DNA of 50,399 nt from an uncultured Coriobacteriaceae bacterium (GTDB lineage Bacteria; Actinomycetota; Coriobacteriia; Coriobacteriales; Eggerthellaceae), in contig CACWWI010000003.1 of the NCBI GenBank assembly GCA_902764575.1, positions 1 through 50,399 on the forward strand. The letters run 5' to 3'. Shown piece after piece: positions 6,936-15,267 of this stretch. The notes beneath the pieces are model-generated. The model saw only the letters and a list, made by a program, of their open reading frames with translations, was not told where the DNA came from and did no database searches. The first letter of the stretch is position 1; every line of letters begins with the position of its first letter. The position numbers were made by a program, and so were the translations under genes.

Positions 6936-9104
6936 ATGAAGCAGAGCAAGAAAAACGTCGCGAAGAGCGTGGGCTATTCGTTCCTGAGCCTGGCCCTCGC
7001 GTCGGCGACGCTCGTTCCCGCCGTCGCCATCGCCACCGAGAGCGGCGAGGCGGTGCTCCCAACGGGAGGTCCCGATAAGGCGAAGGAGTCGGGCTCCGCG
7101 AGCACGGCGCCCGAGAACCCCGCGAGCAAGGACGAGACGGTGTACGTCTACACGAAGGCGGACGGCTCGGTGAAGAACGTGGAAGTGCGCGCGACGTTGA
7201 AAAACGGGGACGACGCCGCCGAGCTCGCCGACTCGTCCAACCTCTCCGGCATCGAAGTCGACGAGGGCGACGGCGTGTATTCGGGGTCGCCATCCAGCAT
7301 GGTTTGGAGCGCCAACGGGGGAGACGTCACCTACAAGGGCGCGACTGACGCCGCAGCCCCCATCGAGGTGTCCGTCACGTACACGCTCGACGGGAAGCAG
7401 GTGAGCCCCGAGGAGCTCGCGGGCAAGAGCGGTCACGTGGTCGTGCGCTACGACTACGCCAACAACTCGAAGGAGACGGTGGAGGTGAACGGCGCGAGCC
7501 AGGAGGTCTACACGCCGTTCGTTGCCGTCACGGCGGTCCTGCTCGACGGCGACGTGTTCAGCAACGTGTCGGCCACCAACGGGAGGATCGTGGAGGACGG
7601 CGACCGCACGATCGTCGTAGGTTACGCGATGCCTGGCCTCGAGGAGAGCCTCGACCTTTCCGGGAACGATATCGCCATACCCGGTTATTTCGAGTTCGAG
7701 GCGGATGCGAAGAACTTCGCGCTCAAGTCCACGCTGACGATGGCCAGCCCCAACCTGTTCGATGATATGGACCTCGACTTCAACACGTCCGAGCTATCCG
7801 ATGTGTCGGGCTCGCTCACGCAGGCCATGGGCCAGATCGTGAACGGGTCGTCCGAGCTCACGGACGCAATCGAGAAGATCTCCGAGGCGGCGAACGCCGT
7901 GTCGGAGGGCAGCAGCGCGCTGGCTGGACAGTCATCGGCGCTGCCCTCGTCGGCACGCCAGCTCGCATCGGGCGCGCAAGGCGTGTCGGTCGGCATCGCG
8001 CAGGTGCTCGCGTCCGCGCAGGAGCTCGACAAGGGCTTGCTCCAGGTTATCGGTAGCCCCGGTGGCGGCACTGCAGAGGCGTCGGGGCTTGCAGGCGCCG
8101 CAGCCCAAACGGGCCAGCTCAAGCAGGTGGCAAACACGCTCTACGAATCGCTCAAAGCCTCAGCGGGGTCGCTGGGCTCCTCGTCGCTCCAGACGCAATC
8201 GACGAGCTCCAATTCTGAACTGTCCAACCTCGCCGACCGCGTGGCCAACGAAGCGGCCGCGAACCAGTCGGCCATGCAAGACGTCCAAAACACCGCAGGC
8301 CAAGTTGCTGTGTCTGCCTCCCAAGCGCAGGCCGACGCGAGCGCCGCTCAGGCAGCGCTGCAGTCGGTCAATTTGAGCTCGATCGAGGACGCCGCCGTCC
8401 GCGCCCAGGTGCAGGCCCAGCTCGACGCCGCGAGCGCGAGCCTTTCGCAGGCGAATGGGTCGGCCCAGGCGGCAGCTGATGCAGCTGCGAGCTTGCAAGC
8501 TGCCTCGTCGACCATCGACACGAGTGCGGCCACCGAAGCGGCGAGTGCGTTCGGGGCCGTGGGTTCCGGAACGCTGTCAGCGCAGGGGACGGGCGACACC
8601 TCGGCCGTGACTGGCAGCCAGGAGCAAATAGCCATGGCGAAGACGCTCCTCGACGGCCTAACTGCGCTCGAGTCCGGCCTGAACCAAGCGGTAGAGGGCC
8701 TTAGCACGATCGAACAGATGGTTTCGGGCAAGATGCTCGACAAGAGCGGGCTTCCCGCCCTCGCGAACGGCGCCGCGCAGGTGGCCCAGGGCGCTTCCGC
8801 GCTCAGCAACCAGGCACCCGCGCTCGTGGGCGGCATGGGCCAGCTCGCAAGCGGGACGAAGGACCTCGCGGGCGCGCTGGGCGCGTTGGCGACGGGCTCC
8901 CAGGAGCTCACGAGCGGCCTCCAGCAGTTCAGCGACCAGGGCATCTCCGCGCTCGCAAGCGCGCTCGACAGCAAGCTCGTGAGGCCACTCACCCGTTTCG
9001 ACGCCGTTGCGCAAGCGGGCCGCGACTACAAGAACTTCAGCGGCATAACCGAGGGCACCAAGGGCTCGGTGAAGTTCGTGTTCGAAACGGACTCCATAGG
9101 GTAG
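6936..9104 (+). CDS. Secreted protein with a beta-rich N-terminal domain and a long Ala/Ser/Gln-rich xxxLxxG heptad-repeat (YhgE/Pip-like) region
   Basis: Signal peptide MKQSKKNVAKSVGYSFLSLALASATLVPAVAIA. The repeat region is e.g. LTDAIEKISEAANAVSEGSSALAGQSSALPSSARQLASGAQGVSVG. There are no C-terminal TM segments. ATG 6936 is chosen inside ORF 6888-9104. Confidence 0.7.
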   Translation: MKQSKKNVAKSVGYSFLSLALASATLVPAVAIATESGEAVLPTGGPDKAKESGSASTAPENPASKDETVYVYTKADGSVKNVEVRATLKNGDDAAELADSSNLSGIEVDEGDGVYSGSPSSMVWSANGGDVTYKGATDAAAPIEVSVTYTLDGKQVSPEELAGKSGHVVVRYDYANNSKETVEVNGASQEVYTPFVAVTAVLLDGDVFSNVSATNGRIVEDGDRTIVVGYAMPGLEESLDLSGNDIAIPGYFEFEADAKNFALKSTLTMASPNLFDDMDLDFNTSELSDVSGSLTQAMGQIVNGSSELTDAIEKISEAANAVSEGSSALAGQSSALPSSARQLASGAQGVSVGIAQVLASAQELDKGLLQVIGSPGGGTAEASGLAGAAAQTGQLKQVANTLYESLKASAGSLGSSSLQTQSTSSNSELSNLADRVANEAAANQSAMQDVQNTAGQVAVSASQAQADASAAQAALQSVNLSSIEDAAVRAQVQAQLDAASASLSQANGSAQAAADAAASLQAASSTIDTSAATEAASAFGAVGSGTLSAQGTGDTSAVTGSQEQIAMAKTLLDGLTALESGLNQAVEGLSTIEQMVSGKMLDKSGLPALANGAAQVAQGASALSNQAPALVGGMGQLASGTKDLAGALGALATGSQELTSGLQQFSDQGISALASALDSKLVRPLTRFDAVAQAGRDYKNFSGITEGTKGSVKFVFETDSIG

Positions 9105-9143
9105 GGCCGAGGCCGCCCGCCCCGAAGGCGCAGCGCTCGGGCA

Positions 9144-9152
9144 TGCTACAAT
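9144..9152 (+). promoter_or_regulatory. Candidate extended -10 (TGcTACAAT) upstream of pyrK
   Basis: The sequence tgctacaat lies 35 nt upstream of the pyrK ATG, in the 82-bp gap after the inserted secreted-protein gene. Confidence 0.35.
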
Positions 9153-9186
9153 CAATCCGTAAGCATTTGCGGAGTGGGAGGGAGCA

Positions 9187-9999
9187 ATGCCCCAGCTCGT
9201 AAACGAAAAGGCGCGCATCGTCTCGAACGAGCAGGTCGGTCCGCGCCTGCACGTCATGGTGCTCGAGTCGCCTCAGATAGCGCGCGATATCAAGCCCGGC
9301 CAGTTCGTGCACATGAAAGTTCCCGGCGCCGAATCACACGTGCTGCGCAGGCCGTTTTCCATCTATGCGCGCGATGCGGCCGCGGGCATCGTGGAGATCC
9401 TCTACCAGGAAGTCGGCTCGCTCACATCGTTCATGCCGGGCATCGGCGAGGGCTTCGCCGAGCTCATCGGCCCCGTGGGAAACGCCTGGGCGGGTCCTGC
9501 GCTGTACGCGGAGGGCGCCTGCTCGCATGCGCTCATCGTGGGCGGGGGCGTGGGAGCGGCGCCGCTCTTCATGCTCGTCGAGCAGCTGGTGAGCGCAGGA
9601 TGCGCGACGGACGTGGTCTTGGGCGCGCAGACGAAGGACGCGCTCGTGACGTGCGGCCGCTACGAGGCGCTGCTCGGCCGCGAGCCGATCGTCGCAACCG
9701 ACGACGGCACGTACGGGTACGCGGGGTTCTGCACCGTTCCGGTGGCCGAGCGCTTGCGCGATGGCTCCACTGCAGACGGCGCGCCCTACGATTACGTCGC
9801 CGTATGCGGCCCCGAGCCGCTCATGAAGATCGTCGCGGGCCAAGCGGCCGAGGCGGGAGTGAAATGCCAGGTGTCGATGGAGAAGCGCATGGCATGCGGC
9901 ATCGGCGCGTGCCTGTCGTGCGTGGTCGACACCGTATCGGGCAAGAAGCGCTCGTGCGTGGACGGCCCCGTGTTCGACGCGAGCGAGGTGGTTTGGTAA
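9187..9999 (+). CDS. pyrK: Dihydroorotate dehydrogenase (class 1B) electron-transfer subunit
   Basis: The protein has an FAD/NAD-binding fold, RPFSI, GGGVGAAPL, and a C-terminal 2Fe-2S motif CGIGACLSCV. Confidence 0.9.
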   Translation: MPQLVNEKARIVSNEQVGPRLHVMVLESPQIARDIKPGQFVHMKVPGAESHVLRRPFSIYARDAAAGIVEILYQEVGSLTSFMPGIGEGFAELIGPVGNAWAGPALYAEGACSHALIVGGGVGAAPLFMLVEQLVSAGCATDVVLGAQTKDALVTCGRYEALLGREPIVATDDGTYGYAGFCTVPVAERLRDGSTADGAPYDYVAVCGPEPLMKIVAGQAAEAGVKCQVSMEKRMACGIGACLSCVVDTVSGKKRSCVDGPVFDASEVVW

Positions 10000-10934
10000 T
10001 GGTCGCGAAACCTCGAGAAACGTCGGTAAAGCTCGCCGTCGACCTGGGCGGTCTTGCCATGAAGAACCCCGTGACGGTTGCGTCGGGCACGTTTGCCGCC
10101 GGGCGCGAATACGCCGATTTCGTCGACGTGGCCAGCCTCGGCGCCGTCACGACCAAGGGAGTCTCGCTCAACGGCTGGGAGGGCAACGCCAGCCCGCGCA
10201 TAGCGGAAACCCCCTCGGGCATGCTCAACTCCATCGGGCTGCAGAACCCGGGCGTCGAGCACCTGAAGGAACACGAGCTCCCCTGGCTGCGCACCGTGGG
10301 CGCCACGACCATCGTGAACGTGTCGGGCCACAGCTTCGGCGAGTACGTGGACGTCATAGAGTCGCTCGAGGGCACCGGGCTGGTGGATGCCTACGAGATC
10401 AACATCTCGTGCCCCAACGTGGACGCGGGCGGCATGACCATCGGCACCGATCCCAGAAGCGTCGAGCAGGTGGTGGGGATGTGCCGCGCTGCCACCAAGC
10501 TCCCCATGATCGTCAAGCTCACGCCCAACGTCACCGACATCACCGAGATCGCGCGCGCGGCCGAAGCGGCGGGTGCGGACGCGCTCTCGCTCATCAACAC
10601 GCTGCTCGGCATGGCCATCGACGCGCGCACGCGCCGGCCGCAGCTCGCCCGCGTGGTCGGCGGCCTCTCGGGCCCGGCCGTCAAGCCGGTTGCGCTCAGG
10701 CTCGTGTGGGAGACGAGCAAGGCGGTCAAGGTGCCGCTGCTCGGCATGGGCGGCATTGCGACGGGAACCGACGCCATCGAGTTCATGTTGGCGGGTGCCT
10801 GCGCGGTGGCGGTCGGCACGGCCAATTTCACGAACCCGACTGCTACGGTCGATGTTCTGAACGGTATGATTGATTACTGCGAGCAGCAGGGAGTGGCAAA
10901 CATCAACGAGCTGATAGGAGCACTGCAATGCTAG
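9999..10934 (+). CDS. pyrD: Dihydroorotate dehydrogenase (class 1B) catalytic subunit
   Basis: MVAKPRETSVKLAVDLGGLAMKNPVTVASGTF...NISCPN...GGIATG. The TAATG junction overlaps the pyrK stop. The upstream part of ORF 9174-10934 is an out-of-frame shadow of pyrK. Confidence 0.95.
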   Translation: MVAKPRETSVKLAVDLGGLAMKNPVTVASGTFAAGREYADFVDVASLGAVTTKGVSLNGWEGNASPRIAETPSGMLNSIGLQNPGVEHLKEHELPWLRTVGATTIVNVSGHSFGEYVDVIESLEGTGLVDAYEINISCPNVDAGGMTIGTDPRSVEQVVGMCRAATKLPMIVKLTPNVTDITEIARAAEAAGADALSLINTLLGMAIDARTRRPQLARVVGGLSGPAVKPVALRLVWETSKAVKVPLLGMGGIATGTDAIEFMLAGACAVAVGTANFTNPTATVDVLNGMIDYCEQQGVANINELIGALQC

Positions 10935-11656
10935 AGAGCGTATTCACGAGCACGCCAGCGGCCGAGCGCATCATCGTCGCCTTGGATTGCACACGCGAAG
11001 AGGCCATGGACCTCGCCGAGATCCTGCGCGGCAAAGCGCGCTGGGTGAAGGTGGGCATGACGCTCTACTATGCCTGCGGGCCCTCCATCGTCGCCGCGTT
11101 CAAGCAGCGCGGCTTCAACGTGTTCCTCGACCTGAAGCTCCACGACATCCCGTTCCAAATCGAAGGGGCGGCGTACGCTGCCGCCATGACGGGTGCCGAT
11201 ATGATCACGATGCACACGCTCGGCGGCGTCGACATGCTCAAGGGCGCCCAGCGCGGCGTGGAGAAGGCCGCGCGCGAGCGCAACGGCAACATCGCCGTGA
11301 CGCTCGGCATCACCGTGCTCACGAGCATGGACGAGGCCGCGCTCAACCAAATCGGGATTGACCGCGCGCCTGCCGACCAGGTGAAGCTCCTCGCGGGCGT
11401 GGCGCAGGAGGCCGGCATCTCGGGCGTCGTAGCATCGCCGCAGGAAGCGGCCATGCTGCGCGAGGCGCTCGGGCCCCGCGCGTACGTTGTCACGCCGGGC
11501 GTGCGCCCCGCAGGAGCCGACAAGGGAGACCAGAGCCGCGTGGCAACGCCGGCCCAAGCGTTCGAGAACGGCGCCTCGCACATCGTCATCGGCAGGCCCG
11601 TCACCAAGGCCGACGATCCGGCCGCGGCCTTCGATGCCATCGTGGCCGAGCTATAG
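10928..11656 (+). CDS. pyrF: Orotidine 5'-phosphate decarboxylase
   Basis: Motifs IVALDC, VFLDLKLHDIP and IVIGRPVT are present. The gene overlaps the pyrD end by 7 nt. Confidence 0.9.
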   Translation: MLESVFTSTPAAERIIVALDCTREEAMDLAEILRGKARWVKVGMTLYYACGPSIVAAFKQRGFNVFLDLKLHDIPFQIEGAAYAAAMTGADMITMHTLGGVDMLKGAQRGVEKAARERNGNIAVTLGITVLTSMDEAALNQIGIDRAPADQVKLLAGVAQEAGISGVVASPQEAAMLREALGPRAYVVTPGVRPAGADKGDQSRVATPAQAFENGASHIVIGRPVTKADDPAAAFDAIVAEL

Positions 11657-11724
11657 CGTATATCCAAGAAGCTCGCGTATACCTGAGCTACTCGCGTATA
11701 TCTGGGATTTAAGTCGCATATACC
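11656..11724 (+). repeat. Four direct copies of the decamer CG(C/-)RTATAYC at 18-22 bp spacing
   Basis: The copies are gcgtatatcc (11656), cgcgtatacc (11674), cgcgtatatc (11693) and cgcatatacc (11715). They lie immediately after the pyrF stop. Confidence 0.5.
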
Positions 11725-11809
11725 AGTTGTGCATGCGCTGGTCAAGTGAAGAATACGTGGTTTGACAGACTTTTTTGGTCACTTTTATCGACGAATTGCG
11801 GCTTTTTCC

Positions 11810-11839
11810 TTGTCAGCTGGCTGACAGGCGTACTAGAAT
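11810..11839 (+). promoter_or_regulatory. Candidate promoter (TTGTCA-18-TAGAAT) with a perfect palindrome TGTCAGC-TG-GCTGACA over the -35
   Basis: The hexamers and the 16-bp palindrome (11811-11826) were read directly from the sequence. The site lies about 155 nt upstream of mihF. Confidence 0.35.
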
Positions 11840-11995
11840 GTGCCTACGTCAGGCGCAACGCACTCCAATCGCAACATCGCTCAATTGAAAGCTACGGGCA
11901 GTAGTCGAATTGTGATGTTATTGCGCACTGATTGCAAGTGCACGTGAGTGGGGTAATATTTCGCAGGCGTTTTACGAGAAAAAAGGAGAGGGCAT

Positions 11996-12304
11996 ATGGC
12001 TATCCCCAAACTGACCGAGGCTGAGCGCAAGGCTGCGCTCAAGAAGGCCAAGGAGGCCCGCATCAAGCGCGCCAAGGTTCGCGAGAAGCTGAAGACCGGC
12101 AAGCTTACGCTTGCGCAGGTTATCGACATGAAGGACGACCCGGTCGTGGGCCGCATGAAGGTTTCGACGCTCATTGAAACGCTTCCCGGCTATGGCAAGG
12201 CGAAGTCCGAGAAGATCATGAACGAGCTGCAGATTGCCGAGAGCCGCCGTCTGCGCGGTTTGGGCGAGCGCCAGAAGGCCGCCCTGCTGGAGCGCCTGGG
12301 TTAA
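11996..12304 (+). CDS. mihF: Actinobacterial integration host factor (mIHF)
   Basis: MAIPKLTEAERKAALKKAKEARIKRAKVREKLKTGKLTL...; RBS aaaggagag; conserved pyrF-mihF-gmk-rpoZ order. Confidence 0.85.
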   Translation: MAIPKLTEAERKAALKKAKEARIKRAKVREKLKTGKLTLAQVIDMKDDPVVGRMKVSTLIETLPGYGKAKSEKIMNELQIAESRRLRGLGERQKAALLERLG

Positions 12305-12311
12305 ATAGTTC

Positions 12312-12884
12312 ATGCGCTGCGGTAACCTCTTTGTGATTTCAGGGCCATCGGGTGCCGGTAAAGGCACCTTGGTGGCCCGCCTTTTGCACGACGTTCCCGA
12401 CGCCTGGCTATCGGTGTCGGCTACCACGCGGGCCCCTCGCGAAGGCGAGGTTGACGGCGTGCACTACTACTTCGTGTCCCGCGAGCGCTTCGAGGAGATG
12501 GCGCAAGCGGGTGACCTGCTGGAATGGGCGGAGTACGCGGGCAACTGCTACGGCACGCCCCTTTCGAGCGTCCTCGAGCAGATGAAGGCCGGTAAGCAGG
12601 TCATCCTCGAGATCGACGTTCAGGGCGGTTTCCAGATTCGGGAAAAGATGCCCGAGGCGCATCTCGTGTTCATCGAGCCGCCTTCCATGGAGGAGCTCGA
12701 GAAGCGCCTTCGGGGCAGGGGAACCGAGGACGACGAGACCATCGCTCGCCGATTAAAGGCTGCGGAGCTGGAACTTTCCCGCAAAGAGGAGTATGATATA
12801 CGGCTCGTGAACGACAACCTCGACGAAGCCGCGCGCAAGCTCGCGGCCTACGTCGACGAGCAAGCTGAACTAGCAAGGGAATAG
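12312..12884 (+). CDS. gmk: Guanylate kinase
   Basis: P-loop GPSGAGKGT, then SATTRAPREGEVDGVHYYF. Confidence 0.95.
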   Translation: MRCGNLFVISGPSGAGKGTLVARLLHDVPDAWLSVSATTRAPREGEVDGVHYYFVSRERFEEMAQAGDLLEWAEYAGNCYGTPLSSVLEQMKAGKQVILEIDVQGGFQIREKMPEAHLVFIEPPSMEELEKRLRGRGTEDDETIARRLKAAELELSRKEEYDIRLVNDNLDEAARKLAAYVDEQAELARE

Positions 12885-12890
12885 GGTGTT

Positions 12891-13151
12891 ATGAGCATTA
12901 TCGAACCGAAAATCGACGTCCTCCTCGACAAGACCGACAACGACCGCTTCCTGCTGTGCTCCCTGGCCAGCAAGCGCGCGCACGACATCAACGACATGCT
13001 GCGCGGCCAGCGCGACCGCGCCATCCAGATGCAGACGGCCGTGGAGATCGCACGCGCGTCCGACCGTAAGCCGCTCTCCATCGCGTTCGGCGAAATCGCG
13101 CGCGAAGACGTGTCCTACGACCCCGAGTCCATCGACGTCAAGTACCACTAA
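12891..13151 (+). CDS. rpoZ: DNA-directed RNA polymerase omega subunit
   Basis: IEPKIDVLLDKTDNDRFLLCSLASKRAHDIN is omega-like. The gene follows gmk. Confidence 0.9.
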   Translation: MSIIEPKIDVLLDKTDNDRFLLCSLASKRAHDINDMLRGQRDRAIQMQTAVEIARASDRKPLSIAFGEIAREDVSYDPESIDVKYH

Positions 13152-13160
13152 GGTGCGCTC

Positions 13161-14366
13161 GTGGAAGAGCGTCACCAGCGGATCTGCCTGATCCATTATC
13201 ACGAAATCGGCCTGAAGGGCCGCAATAGGTCAGTGTTCGAGAAGCGCCTTCTCAAGAACGTGGAGGCGCTTCTCTCTGATTTTCCCGTCGTTACCATCCA
13301 CCGCATTTCGGGGAGGCTGTGCGTGTTCCTGCGCGAGGGGACCACGTTCGAGCGAGCCCTCGAGGTGGCCGCCACGGTGCGCTACGTGCCCGGCGTGGCG
13401 CGCGTGTCGTGCGGGTTCAAATGCGAGCGCGACCTTTCCGTCATGAACGAGGTGGCCATTAACGCGCTTGCCGAAACCGGGGATTTCGAATCGTTCAAGG
13501 TGCATGCGCGGCGCAACCACACCGACTTCGAGACCGACTCGATGCAGATGAACCAGATCGTCGGCGCAGCCCTGTGCGGGGCGTTCCCCGACAAGAAGGT
13601 GAAGATGAAGGATCCCGACGTCACCGTGGCCGTCGAAGTCGTGCAGAACGCCGTCTACATCTACGCGCGCAGCGAGCGCGGCGTGGGCGGTTTGCCGGTT
13701 GGCAGCTCGGGACGCGTGGCGTGCCTGCTCTCGAGCGGGATCGACTCTCCAGTGGCGCTCTGGAAGATGGCGCGACGCGGCGCCATCTGCATCGGCGTGC
13801 ACTTCTCGGGCCGTCCCCAGACGTCGGACACGAGCGAGTACCTCGTCGACGACATCGCGCACGTGCTCGAGCGGACGGGCTGCATCGCCCGCGTGTACGT
13901 GGTTCCGTTCGGCGATTACCAGAAGGAGATCGCGCTCACGGTTCCGCCGTCGCTGCGCGTGATCATGTACCGCAGGCTCATGTTCAAGGTTGCCGAGCGG
14001 ATAGCCCTGCGCGAGAAGGCGGGCGCCCTCGTTACCGGCGAGAGCCTCGGCCAAGTTGCCTCCCAAACCCTCGACAACATCCGCGCGACCGATCACGCGG
14101 TTGACATGCCCGTGTTCAGGCCGCTCATCGGCAGCGACAAGCTCGACATCATCGAGGATGCGCAACGGCTCGGCACGTTCGAGATATCGTCGCAGGACGC
14201 GCCCGATTGCTGCACGCTGTTCATGCCCCGCAACCCGGAGACCCATGCCAAGATCCCCGCGGTCCTCGAGGCGGAGGCAGCATTGCCCCTCGACCGTTGG
14301 ATCGACGAGCTGGTGGAAAGCGCCGAGCCGCACGATTACGCCTGCCCGTCGTACCGTCCGCGCTAG
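13161..14366 (+). CDS. thiI: tRNA 4-thiouridine synthase ThiI
   Basis: The N-terminal ferredoxin-like/THUMP region has IGLKGRNR. The PP-loop is LLSSGIDSPVA. The start is GTG. Confidence 0.9.
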   Translation: MEERHQRICLIHYHEIGLKGRNRSVFEKRLLKNVEALLSDFPVVTIHRISGRLCVFLREGTTFERALEVAATVRYVPGVARVSCGFKCERDLSVMNEVAINALAETGDFESFKVHARRNHTDFETDSMQMNQIVGAALCGAFPDKKVKMKDPDVTVAVEVVQNAVYIYARSERGVGGLPVGSSGRVACLLSSGIDSPVALWKMARRGAICIGVHFSGRPQTSDTSEYLVDDIAHVLERTGCIARVYVVPFGDYQKEIALTVPPSLRVIMYRRLMFKVAERIALREKAGALVTGESLGQVASQTLDNIRATDHAVDMPVFRPLIGSDKLDIIEDAQRLGTFEISSQDAPDCCTLFMPRNPETHAKIPAVLEAEAALPLDRWIDELVESAEPHDYACPSYRPR

Positions 14367-14601
14367 CTGCAGGGGCGGGCTCGGGCGGCTCCGCCGGTGC
14401 GCGTTGTCGTCTCCGTTTTGAATATCTGTAAGATTCCCGTAGTAACGAGGGTGCCGTAATCGGGCGCCCTTGTCGTGCTGTAGGGGCAATCAGGAAGGCC
14501 CAGCGTAAGGAATCGGGGAAACGGGGCGGGGCCGACGCGGGTTGCACGGTAAGGTTCGGGAAGTATGGTGGCTTCGCCAAAGGAAGCGAGGTCACGAGAA
14601 C

Positions 14602-15267
14602 ATGCGCCTTACGTCGTTCGAACCCCCTGTCGAAAAGCTCGGCCTCGCTTCTCTTGGCAAGCCGGCAATCGTGGGCGCGATAGCGCTTGTGGTGATGGTG
14701 GCAGTCGTTGCCGGCCGCATCATGATCGATACTGCCACCGCCAATGTCTTCGAGGTTGAGCCTGCTCGAGAACAGGCGGAGCAAACGGAGCAATCCGGGC
14801 AGGCCAACCCAGGCGCTGTATACGTACATGTGGCAGGATGCGTGGCGAGCCCGGGCGTGGTGGAGCTCCAAGAAGGCGCGCGCGTGGGAGATGCGGTGGC
14901 CGCGGCGGGAGGGTTCGCGCCCGATGCCGCCGAGGATGCCGTCAACCTCGCGAGGGCCGTGAAAGACGGCGAGCAGGTGTACATTCCCTCAACCGATCAG
15001 GCGTTGTCTGATTCCGCGGAACAGGGGCCGGGGCGGGAAGCTCAGGCAGGCCAGACCGCAACGGGCGGCCAAGCGGCGCTTGTGAACATCAACACGGCCG
15101 GGTCAACCGAGCTGCAGTCGCTCCCTGGCATAGGCCCCTCCACGGCGGCCAAGATCGTCGATTACCGGAACGCGAACGGGTCGTTTTCGGCGTGCGAGGA
15201 CCTCAAGAACGTCTCGGGCATAGGCGATAAGAAGTACGAGGCCATCGAAGGCCTCATCTGCGTATGA
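14602..15267 (+). CDS. comEA: ComEA-family DNA-binding competence protein (helix-hairpin-helix)
   Basis: N-terminal TM segment; SLBB-like VYVHVAGCVASPGVVEL; C-terminal HhH INTAGSTELQSLPGIGPSTAAKIVDYR. ATG 14602 is chosen. Confidence 0.85.
   Translation: MRLTSFEPPVEKLGLASLGKPAIVGAIALVVMVAVVAGRIMIDTATANVFEVEPAREQAEQTEQSGQANPGAVYVHVAGCVASPGVVELQEGARVGDAVAAAGGFAPDAAEDAVNLARAVKDGEQVYIPSTDQALSDSAEQGPGREAQAGQTATGGQAALVNINTAGSTELQSLPGIGPSTAAKIVDYRNANGSFSACEDLKNVSGIGDKKYEAIEGLICV

Noticed and set aside
9174-9998. Long N-terminal extension of the pyrD ORF (586 aa in the ORF track)
   Set aside because: This part overlaps pyrK in another frame and translates to Arg/Gly-rich nonsense. A canonical PyrD N-terminus begins at ATG 9999, coupled to the pyrK stop (TAATG).
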